NCBI RefSeq assembly: GCF_036321535.1
Contig: NC_087438.1
Coordinates: forward strand, 11,410,001 to 11,474,000
Direction of reading: 5' to 3'
Length of the DNA: 64,000 nt
Source: Camelus dromedarius
Taxonomy: Eukaryota
Of this stretch, positions 1 to 11,066 are shown piece after piece. The stretch's first letter is position 1, and every line of letters begins with the position of its first letter. The notes under the pieces are model-generated. The model had not been told where the DNA came from and did not search any database. It saw nothing but the letters and a program-made list of their open reading frames with translations. The position numbers were made by a program, and so were the translations under genes.

Positions 1-204
1 GTTGTCACCCGTCTTCCCACCCAGCCCTCGCCTGCCTGGCTAACTGGGTGCTACCTTGTTGGAGATGCTGAGGTGAAACAAGGGCAAGAGAGGGGTTGTT
101 ATGAAGCAGGGAGAAGCTGTGCAGCTCCCCGTGTTTTCACCTTCGCCCGGGATGTCTCAGAGTCCAGGACTACATTTTCCATCCAGTCACCTGACTATGC
201 TGGG

Positions 205-457
205 GAGAGGCATGCGGTGAAGCAGGAAGAAGGTTCTGGAGCCAGATGTCCTGACTTCAGATCCAGGCTCTGTTTCTTACTTGTTACGTCAGCAGACACC
301 ATAATTGCTCTGTACCTCACTTTCCACATCAGCAAAATGGGGATATAAAGGGATACACCATGGGCCATGGTGAGGGTTAAATAAGTATCATAAGACACAC
401 AGCACTGAGGCTGACACACGGGAAACACGTATCAAATGATGACAAATACTGTTATCC
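205..457 (+). mobile_element. MIR SINE relic
   Basis: MIR core-like text: ggttctggagccaga...tctgtacctcactttccacatcagcaaaatgggg...gtgagggttaaataag; heavily diverged. Confidence 0.7.
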
Positions 458-1439
458 TTGGTCCAGGTTTCCTGCCTCCGTTATTCCTCTCCCTTACTTG
501 CTTATTCTAGCACTGTTGGTTTCAGTGGTATAGCTAAGCTTTTTATTACAGTCATAGTGACTCATTTTTAAAAATGAGAAGGGCCTAAATGAAATAAAGC
601 AGCATAAAGGATACTGATTGGATTTCTTTAAAGAAGTAACCCTTGGAGTTAAACAAAGTGCATAACACTCTACTCCTGTGGAATGCAGGGTCCTTCAAAA
701 CCTGGGAACTCATTCAGTTTTTCTTGGAGAAGAACTTGAGGAATTTTTTTATGAAAAGTAACAAATTAGGAAACTGTATGTCATGATTCTGGCTTAAACA
801 CAGCTGGTGTCAGCCTATTCCTGGTTTCAGGATCTGAGGAATGATGGGCACGGGTCAGGGCAGGGAGATAATAGTTTCTTCCTTCCTTATCCTGGGGGTA
901 AGGCGAGACCAAGCAAAATTTCAGAATAGTCCAAGTCCGTCTTCCCTACCTAGCCACCTGCTTCTGCAGACTTTCTTCTTCTACCTTGTGGCTTTTGTGC
1001 CAGTTCCTTGCTCACTACAGCCTGTCTCCAGTCAGGACATCATCTATGAGTCAGAATTGCCAGTCTGCTCACCGCCCAACATCAAAAGTGAGTGCCCCTG
1101 GCTGACTGCTGTGAACCACTCCTAGGAAGCAAACAAGCTGATTTATCTGGGGCCAACTCCACCACGATAAACTTCACTTTCCTGGCTGTATTTGCATCTT
1201 AAGGTGATATTTGTTTACTTACACACAAAAATTTTGTTGGAAAAAATTTTAGAAATGACAATATAAAAAATTGAATGTAGTCATTCTGGAAAATATGTAG
1301 AGATAGAGGAGGGAAAAGGTAACCAGGGACAATCATCTTTGCTTGGATGTCTGCTCACCGAAGTCCCCACCTCTGGCTCTGCACCAGTGTCCTCTGAAGG
1401 CTCCAGGTTCACTGAGAGCCTGCTTTCCTCCTGTGTCCC

Positions 1440-1587
1440 AGCATCAGCCTCCACGAGGGGACATGGGGGGCACCCTTGTTTCCATCAAGTCTCAGTGGAA
1501 GAAGGAATACATCTTTATTGTTTGAACCACTTAGATGCTGGGGCTATTTGTTACTGCAGCGCAGCCTAGCTCATCTTGACTGATACA
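1440..1587 (+). mobile_element. MLT1 (MaLR) LTR 3' fragment
   Basis: Ends with MLT1-type terminus tttgttactgcagcgcagcctagctcatcttgactgataca. Confidence 0.6.
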
Positions 1588-4215
1588 CTGTTTCTGTTAT
1601 TTGAGGTTCTCCCTTTGGTCCCTGCTTCTGTCTCCCAGCAACCTGTCCAATCCATCAGATATCAAATGGGTGCCTATTTAGTCAAGGTTCTTTCCAGAGG
1701 CATAAAAATCAAAGTTTAAAATTTCTAAAGCCTCAGTCTTCAAAGAAATGTCAAGATGGACTCAGTAATGATAGCAGAGGGCAGAATGCTTCCAGTGCCA
1801 AGCAATCAAAAGAGTCATCAGTTTGACTAAAGAGCCTTAAGATTCTTCTAACTTCGAGTGAAATAAAAAGCTTTGGAACCTCAAGGGAGATTGTATGTCA
1901 ATTGAACAGCTGAACCCTTCCTAGAGATGGTGGCCTTTCAAACTGAAGGCTGAGGAGGATGTAGACAGGAGGGGATGTGAGTCAGAACATGCTCAGCAGT
2001 GGGGGTGTGAGAAAAAGGAGGAAAGGCAAAGGGCACGGGGCACCTCACCGTAGTCCAGATTCTGCATGTTTTGTGTGACACAGACTCGTCTGATGCTGTC
2101 AACAGTGCTAAGTGGTGTGATTCTTATTCGGGGAAAACCTAGAACACGAGGCCAGCCCAAGACACACTGACCCCACAGTCAGGGAAGCTGGCCCAGGGGG
2201 CCCTGCAGTGTGATTCAAGGAGCAACCGCCTCGGGTGGGACCTAGAGAATGGCTTGCTTTATAAATTTATCTTTTGCATACATGTTAAGTTCCAGTTTGC
2301 CTTTCCAAATAAAGTGGTTTCTTTCTTTCAAAAAAAGAAAAAAAAACAACAGCCTCACAGAGTGTCAGTCTCTTTCCAGGGAAAATGATATCTGTGTTTT
2401 AATGGATTTTCTCTGGCCACGTACTCCAGAGAAACACCAAGACGTTCTCCTGTCCCACACAGAACCTTTACAAAAGCTCCAATAGGCTGACGTGCAGGCT
2501 GAGTCCAGAGGTCTGTTTTTCAAGCTGTGTTCTCTGAAACTCATTCTAGGAAACACTGTTCCATCACTACACCAGGCTGTCTCGTGGAGGTGGTGAGAAC
2601 ACTCCTCTTCGTGGAAAGTGGTGTGAATTCTGAGGGGATGGGGGAGGGCGATGTATCAGGATATGTGGGGCTGGGGACAGGGGTGCAGAGACCTGCATAA
2701 CATCTTTCATTAGGAAAGAAGATAATGGACACCTGTGTATACGTGTGGAATCCTCAAGTTGAGACTCATCCTTTATAAACAGGAGGTGCGTGATCCTTGC
2801 TCTTCTGTCACCCACCCTGTGGGACCTCTTCTCTTCTTTTCACCCCAATCCCTGGCCTTCAGCAGAAGTAAGCAGCTCTCAGTCTTAACACAGCCCTCCC
2901 TGCTCCATGGTTTACCATATAAACTCTGTCCTCTAAGTACTCCAAGCCTTGGTGAACGGCACCCACACATCTTTTGCTCACTGGAAAGACCTAGGACTTT
3001 CTTGAGAGTTTAAATCATTTTGACTTTCAGGACTGTTGCCTCTGCTATGAATTTCAAAAGCTTGTTTTGAGCTGCCCTTGTGTTACTCTTTCCCTGAGGC
3101 CAGTTCATAGAGGAAGCCCTCTCTGCTGCCTAAGTGTTGGGGAGACGGATCATAGGAAGCAAGCAACCTCAGAAAATTGCAGTCTCGTAATATCATATAA
3201 TATGGTTTTGTTGCATCTTTATAAAGACTTTTTTTTACAAATCCTAGAAATTGCACTGCCTAGGGAATAAATCAAGCAAGAAAATCATTTGTTCCGAAAT
3301 AAATATCAGTGGGTTACCCCTCTGTGCAAATTTGTATATTCAAAAGTAATGGAATTTTGAATGATTCTCAGAAACGTGATTTAAAAACACTTTGATTCCA
3401 CATTGGGTCAAATGACCCTTCTTAATACAAAGCATTCAGAGTGACCATCTTGAGAATAACTAGTTCAGTTAAGGAAGATTTTGCAAGTAGGACCAGGAAA
3501 GAGAACACGGACACTTGGGTGACACAAAGCACTCTGAGTTTGTAGAAATTCTCTTGGTCCAAATGCAGAGAAGAACCAAGGCAGTAAGAGACCTCAGAGG
3601 CCTGTATCCAGTACATTGTACATCGGGTTGACTGAGTCAGAAATCAAAGGGACTCCTTGCATGAGTTATCTACTCGGCTTTGCTGTAATAAATCAGCTCC
3701 AGCATCTCCCCTCTGAATTTAATTTCGGCAAACATGGAGCAAGACTCCCAGTCTAAAACAATGGCCACACGAATCAAGTCTTTCCAGTCCTACCCGTGGC
3801 TTTGTTGCCTGCTGTGTTGGACCAGATTTTGTCATCTGTCCCTGGGATGCACAGAGACCCCTATTCAAGCTAAAAGAGGTTGTCCTGAAAGGAGATTTGT
3901 GTATCTTCCCATCCAGGTCAGGAAGGACACCTTCGATCCATCACTTTTCCTCCCCTGCATCGGCTTCTCAGTGCTGTCTGAGAAGAAGTGTGTGGACAGT
4001 CTAAGGTTATCGTGATGTCATTAACTGCTTTGACATGAGTAATCATTTTTATTTGAAATACATATTTTGGTAACACTCTTTATAGGGATGACCTGGTTTC
4101 TACTCTTAGAAGATAACAGCCATGCTCTCTTGCATCAGAAATATCCAGCTGCCATTTTCACTGTCTGGGTAATTTTATAATTATAAAGTGGTAAATCGTA
4201 GAGCCATCTGTTAGT

Positions 4216-4267
4216 AAAACATTATTATCTTTTTTTTTTAAACATTTTTTAAAAACGTTATTATCTT
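4216..4267 (-). mobile_element. Ultra-short L1 3' tip plus poly(A), with 16-bp TSD
   Basis: AAAACATTATTATCTT (4216-4231) and AAAACGTTATTATCTT (4252-4267) flank ttttttttaaacatttttta; minus strand reads TAAAAAATGTTT(A)8, matching the tip of the young L1 at 52947. Confidence 0.7.
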
Positions 4268-6375
4268 CATTGTACTTACTAATCTATTTTCAGTTTCCAG
4301 GAAGACACTTACTAGGAGTTAAAAAAAATATCCAGAACTTGAAAATAAGGCCAAGCTAGGGTAGCATGTCACTTTGGTGCCACATAGAAAGACTGTTTAA
4401 TAGGTTCACCCAAGGATTGTATACTTGATTAGGGAATGTAATTTTGTTTGACTCGCTAAGTACTGTTGATTAAAAGCCTAGGTTCTATGAAGTGATATGT
4501 TAAAGTGTAGATTTTGGCCCAGTAGAGGTCAGATGTTTTCTGTCTTCAGAAAAGATCTCTTCTCTGTAGGGAATCAGCTATACATCTGATACAGAAATCA
4601 TATTACAAAATTATTTTTCCACTGCCTGTATATTCTCATTCTCTTTTGAATCTCTCTTTCTGGTTCCCTTATCCAAGCGTTAAAGAAAATGTTTACATTT
4701 GCTCACTCTACATTTATATGAAAGGCATGTTTTAAGGTTTTGAAAATCACGCTTTGGCACAGGTAGTGCATAAAAATTTTTAGTAGGATCTTTGTCTTCC
4801 ATGTAAGACACACACATAAAACAGATAAACGAATTGCTGCTCTGAGTCTGATGGCTGGAAGCACTCCAGACACCCCTAAATGCATGGCGCTCTGATTATA
4901 AATCCGTGGTCTTAACTCTTCTCTTTCAAGAAATTCACATCATAGCTCGGCCACTAAGAAGCTGTGCGAACCTGTCTCAATCCTTCAAGACTCCCGTTTC
5001 CTCTTGTGCAGCGTGTATTTTATAGCCTTGAAGCTGAAAACCTGGCCTTCTGGAAGTATACAGATTACAGAAGTGCTCCTTTCTCAGTAAGATTTACATC
5101 ATGCAAGCAGTATCTGCAAAGACATAAGTAGACAATAGAAAAATTAACAAATTCATTGGCCACTAATTTGCTTATTCTTTAATTCCAGAAGCTAAATGTT
5201 AATCACATTCCAAGAAGACATATTTCCAAGTAATGGAGCTGGGCTAGTCATTGTAAAACTACAGTTTCATCTTTTAATGGTCACTTTTGCTTGGTAATCA
5301 AGTCATGAGTTATCAGGGTTATACACCATTAGCTTCTTCCAAATGTAAATAGTTAGTAACATATGAATCATTGACCTGCCTTTTAGTAAATATTCTGATG
5401 TAATGCTATGATGTTTAAGGAACTCAGCATTCATAAGCACTCGTGGCTAGATTTCCACTGAAGAAAGAAATGAAATGTCCTGTACTTCAATTCCAATTTC
5501 TTGTGGCATTTTCTACAGTACAGTTCCAGTGCAACATGCAAGAAGAAAATATAGGAATAACATGGTCTAATAGTTAGACTTTGGATGAGAAAACAAAATC
5601 TGATTTAGAATTATAATATGTAATTATGTATTATTACACATAATTACGGTGTAGAAATATTAGAATCATGCACAGGAAGGACTAAAGGGCACAGTGATTT
5701 TAGGGAGAATGGGCATTTTACTTGACATATCCTTTTTACCTTCAGAAAAACCCTGAAGAGTGTGTATTGTTTTAAAATACAAGATATGGAGACCCAGAAA
5801 AAGAAAGTGACTTTCTGGAATTCACACAGTATAGGAAATGATGGAGAGGGTGTTTGATGCAAGTCGATCTGCCTCCAAAGCCCATGATCTCTGATTACAA
5901 TACAGGAAAAGAACACTGAAAAGAGAGTTTCATCCTGCAGTAGAATCCTGTACATTATGTCACAGGACAAATCCTCTTCATGTACTTTTGCTTTGCATAT
6001 CAGATGCTGTCACTTCTGTCAGGACTTTCTTTTAAGCACTTGTAGCCTTTTGAACTCTCAGATAACTGAAAAGAATAATCTTTTTTCACAGCACCCTGGG
6101 TAATTTTATGACCTGTGTAAAGCTAAAGAACTCTGGGCAGGATTTGGGGCACAAAAAGACCTTAATCCTGGCCCAAAGGTATTCATTTTTCACTTAACTT
6201 ATTTGGATTTTATGACTCCTCTCCCTTCCCCAATAATGATCATTCACTCATTCAGTAGATACTCTATGCTGGGGACTGTCCTAGATGCTAAGGATATCAT
6301 GGTGATCAAAATCCAGATGGTCTTTGCCCCCATGGTCCTTATATCTTACCATTGCACACTATTCTGCCAATTTAA

Positions 6376-7290
6376 TTCATTCATTAATTCATTCATCAAG
6401 TGTGTATTACACACTTACTTTGTGCCACAAATTGTTTTCAGAGCTTGGAGATGCACCAATGAACAAAGTAATGATCCCTGCTCGTCTGGAACAAAGACAA
6501 TATTCAACAGGCATGATAAATGAGAAATATTGTATTGTACTTTGGAAAGTGATGACTGCTATAGAGAAAAAAAGAAAAAGAAAAAATGGATCATGTGAAG
6601 AGAAATTGGGAAGATCAAGGTGGTAGGCAAGGGGGCTGCAATTTTAAATAAGATGTTCTAGGTCAGCCCCACCAAGAAGGTGACATGTGAGCAAAGACCT
6701 GCATAAGGTAGGGGAGTGCTGTAGACTGAACGTTTATATCCCCCCATGTGTTGGAATTTTTACCCTTTGGGTGGTGATTAGGTCATGAGGGTGGAACCCT
6801 CATGAGTAAGAGTTGTGCCCTTATAAAAAAAAAGGATCCCAGAGAACTCCCTAGCATTGTCCTTCATGTGAATTATGGTGAGAAGACGGCCATCTATGAA
6901 CCAAGAACTGGGCTCTCCTAGACACAGAATCTGATGGTGCCTTGGTCTTGAATTTCGAACTTCCAGAACTATAAGAAATAAATTTCTATTATTTATAAGC
7001 CACCCAATCTATGGTATTTTCTTATAGCAGCCCAAACAAACTATGATAAGGAGTGAGCCATGTAGATATTTATGATGAGGGCATTCTAACAAAGGCAACG
7101 GGTAGTGCCAAGCTTGTAAGTGGGAGTTAAGCCTGGTATGTTCAAGGAATAGTGAGAAACCGTGTGCCTGAGCTATATGGAAAAGACGACGAGTTGTAAG
7201 AACTGGGTTCGAGAGGAATGAGCAGCCAGATCATGTGACATGTCCTCCCCTAGTTAGCCCAAGGCACCCTGCAAGTTTTGGAGCAGAGAG
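6376..7290 (-). mobile_element. L2 LINE relic interrupted by an MLT1A LTR
   Basis: Starts with ttcattcattaattcattcatcaag (L2 3' end, antisense); L2-like sequence continues on both sides of 6717-7048. Confidence 0.7.
6717..7048 (+). mobile_element. MLT1A/MLT1A0 solo LTR (ERVL-MaLR)
   Basis: tgctgtagactgaacgttt...gattaggtcatgagggtggaaccctcatgag...aataaatttct...tttataagccacccaatctatggtatttt...atagcagccc; flanks GGGAG/AGGAG resemble a 5-bp TSD. Confidence 0.85.
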
Positions 7291-7659
7291 CCATGTGACC
7301 TGGCCTCTGTCAGCTTGGAGCCTCCTGTCAATCAAACACTGTGGCTATCTATGTCCTATATTATGATGGAACCTTTGAGAGGAACTTTAGGAGGAGAATT
7401 GGGATAAGTCAGCTGTCCACTGTATCTTCACCCTTTGTCCAGGCTGGTCCTCCTCTTGGACATCTTGTGAGTCCTTGGCTTCTTTTGCTATTTCACTTAT
7501 AAGAAGGTGCTGAGGCATTCAGACTTTGCAGGTTTGGGTCTCTCACTTGTGCTAACAGACAAATACCCAGAATCACACAGAATTAGATGGGCTAGAGCTG
7601 AAACATTCTGTCACTCATTAATCTATGGCACCAAGATCCCTGATACTCTGATGACATGT

Positions 7660-8005
7660 TGTCTTGGTCATTTCAAGCTGCTATAACAAATATTCCATTG
7701 ACTCAGTGGCTTATGAACAACAGAAACTTATTTCTCACAGTTCTGGAGGCTGGGAAGTCCAAGATCAAGGCTCTGGCAAATTCAGCTGCTGGTGAGAGCC
7801 CACCTCCTGGTTCCTCGATGGTGGTCTTGCTGTTGTAACCTCACATGGAGGAAGGAGTCGGGGAGCTCTCTGGGGCCTCATTTATAAGGGCACTGATCCC
7901 ATTCATGAGGGCTCCACCTTCATGACCTAATCACCTCACCAAAGCTAATCACCTCCTAATATCATCACATTGGGGAACAGGTTTCAGTGCATTCAGTCTC
8001 TAGTA
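7660..8005 (-). mobile_element. MLT1A/MLT1A0 solo LTR (ERVL-MaLR)
   Basis: tgtcttggtc...gctgctataacaaa...ttctcacagttctggaggctgggaagtccaagatcaagg...cccattcatgagggctccacc; antisense MLT1A. Confidence 0.85.
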
Positions 8006-10541
8006 CAAAACTAGCACTCTTGCCCAACTTGGACTGAAGTCATCATAACATTCAAACTTTAACATAAATTGAAATACTGTGAATAACATTATTTTATAAA
8101 ATTAGACAGTTGTTTCTTATTAGAAATTTATAGTTATTCCTTTCATAAAGAATCTTTTCATAAAGCAGTAAACACTCAATTTATCTTTAACTGCGTATGT
8201 TGGAAAAAATTTACTGTGACACCTGTTCTTTCAAACTTCACAGAAGAAATTCTAGGGCATTTTTAAAAGATCTGAGACACAAAGTTCTGCCCATATGTTG
8301 CTAACGTATCATCAAAAGGAAAAACAACCATAAATACGCTTTATTTAAATTCAAAACAGCTAATCAGAGACCACAGTTAAGTTTAGTGACAATAAACTTG
8401 TTTTAACAAGACATTTATGTTTGGTTACAATTGACATTTAAGGCAAGCATGCTTAGATTGAATCCAGCAAAGGAGAATTGAGCCAAAATCTCAATAGAGC
8501 TGATTTAGACCACCCTCTAGAAAATCTATTACCTAATCGCTTCCCTTTTGGTTATTACTGTGACGCTGAGTAGTGTTAAGCTATTATAAGAGCTGAGGAT
8601 GGCTACAAGTCAAGGTGGTCGAAGACCCAGAACACAACGCGTCTTCCTCGAAACTGACTTGGTAGGAAGTCAGGAATCCGAGGTCGGCATCTGACAGCGG
8701 CAGCTCTCAGGGCTGTGGATTCCTGGATGCAGACTCCATCCTCTGTGGCTGTTTGTATCGCTCTGGGATCAGCAGTAGCTTTATCTTAAGAGAAAGTTTT
8801 GAAACTTAATCACTCAGTGCAAAGCAAAAGGAGGATAAATGGACAAGTGAGCTTTGTTTGGGAGCAAATACTAATGTCTCGTGACATTTCTAAGGCCATG
8901 AAGAAAGACAACTGTTCCGTCCTGCGTGTTGGAGTGTGGGAAGGGCATATGGGTGCGCTTCACCTGCTGCAGCCCCAGACCGGCCCAGCCAGCGCACTCC
9001 CCACGTTAGGAAGTTAGGCAAGCCCACCATGAATGGTTCCACTGAGACTGTCTTCAATGCTGAAATGTTTAAAAGCTGCAATATTTGTATCTTTACCTCA
9101 GTACATATGTCTGCTACCTTTGGCAATAATACCCCAGCCCTTCTTGAAATGCTTTTTTCACCCCATGGTTTCTGGGTCTTTCTCTCCTCCCAGAACCAAG
9201 ACCGTCTTTTATTGACATCTCTTCTCCCTCGACTACACATTTGAAATGTGCATTGTCCTTGGAGAGTCTTTCTGGACCCCCCTGTTTTTTCTCACACTAC
9301 ACTTTCTAATGCACATTTAAGAGTTTCAACTACTTAAAAATTAAGGATGAAAATTGAGTGGAAAATTATTTTTGAACCCTGATGTTCCCCCTAAAGTCTA
9401 TAGACAGAGAAGACTCTTGTATATAGGTATGCTGACAACAGTAACTATTACTAAATAATTATAATTACATATTTGTTTTTTCTTGTTTGTTTAAAACACA
9501 TAGACCCCATGAACCTTATATAGCTATTTCCAGCATGCCCTTGATGAACTGTTTTTACCCATAACTTCCTCATACATATCTTTTTTGCTTTGTTTTTCCT
9601 TCACCATGATTTTCTTACTTAAAAAACAAAAACAACAACAAAAAAAAAACTTGTTTTCCATGAGTACTGTATGCCTTGCTGTGCGACTCAGGGTTCCTCT
9701 GCTGTGAATCTTGGTTTTTTGTTGTTGTTTGGAGGGGGGTTTAATTTGTTTTTTTTTTTTAATTGTCTCCTGTGTCCTACTGAGATTAGACTTGAGGAGA
9801 TACCTTAGAATAAGTACAAAGCTTTTAAAAGCCCTCCTCATTAAAACCAGTTTTTTTAAAAAATTTTCCTAATTACACATTTCTTAAGGAAGCCAATTCT
9901 CTTTTGTGGGGGGAGAGGGATACAAAAACCCAAAAGAATCAGTGGAACTTACATTAACTCATGGTTTCTCAAAATATTTTTGCTAGACTATTTCTCTCTT
10001 AAATTATGCTATCAAACATTACTCTGTTTTTAAATAATTTTGAAAATTCTGCATATCATTTCTACTTGTTAACTTATGATAGATACTGATACATGAAGAC
10101 CAAGAGAGAGCTTTCCTTAAGTTCTCTTTCCAAGCCTAATACACTACAGACCCTTTTGTAAAATGACAGTTGTTGTTATCTTCATCTCAGGGAACCAGTG
10201 TTCTTTGGAAGTCCCGTCCGGCCCTGCTGAAATCGTAGGAATTTGCTGAAGGGAGGTTTAGATGGACTGTGGACAGGAGGCCGCTTCTACATGGAATGGA
10301 CAGTGGGGGCAAATTAGTAGCTTTAGTGGGTTAACTAATGAGAATAGTTTTTGTTGCCGTAACTCTCGCAAATGATTTATGGCAAATGCGTTGTTTAATG
10401 ATGTAATTAATTAATGCAAAGAAAAACGCATTTTATAAACAATTGTTTTTCGGTGAAACAAGTAAGACAATAATTATAGCCTCTTTAAGCTATCCCTTAC
10501 TTTTCTACCAAAGATTTGAAAAAAAAAAAAAAAAGACTATG

Positions 10542-10625
10542 AAAGTACCTCTACTTTTGACACAACATTGTAAAATGATTATAAATCAATAAAAAATGTT
10601 AAAAAAAAAAAAAAGTACCTCTACT
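10542..10625 (+). mobile_element. Severely 5'-truncated young L1 (45 nt plus poly(A)) with perfect 14-bp TSD
   Basis: TSD AAAGTACCTCTACT at 10542-10555 and 10612-10625; insert tttgacacaacattgtaaaatgattataaatcaataaaaaatgtt(A)n is the exact reverse complement of the 3' end of the L1 at 52947-53000. Confidence 0.92.
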
Positions 10626-10884
10626 AATAGAAGAATATGTTTTGAAACATCCTTACATTGACCTCATTTTTCTAGGTAATTCTTTATACAATTTTCAGGA
10701 AATTTCTTTTTTGTCCATTTTCCTCAAATTTCCTACATATGGATAGCACTAAGAAATGTGTGTATTCTATAAAAATTATATGATTCTAATAAGCTTTTGC
10801 TTCTGTTAAAAAAATATATTCTCCTCTTCTTGGAAGATGCTCAATTTCAAATAAATTGCTCATTTTTATCTGCCCTTATTACTC

Positions 10885-11066
10885 TCCTTTTTACTTCATG
10901 ACACTTTCCATGCACATATGTTTATGTGTTTATTGACTTATTGTCTGTCTGTCTGTCTTTCTCAACTCAAATGAAAGTTCCCTAAGGTTAGGGATTTTGC
11001 CTCTTTTTTCCCTCTGCTGTATCCCTACCATATAGTAGGAACTCAGAAAATACTTAAATGAATAAA
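10885..11066 (+). mobile_element. L2 3' end
   Basis: ttgtctgtct...gaaagttccctaaggttagggattttg...tagtaggaactcagaaaatacttaaatgaataaa. Confidence 0.7.
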
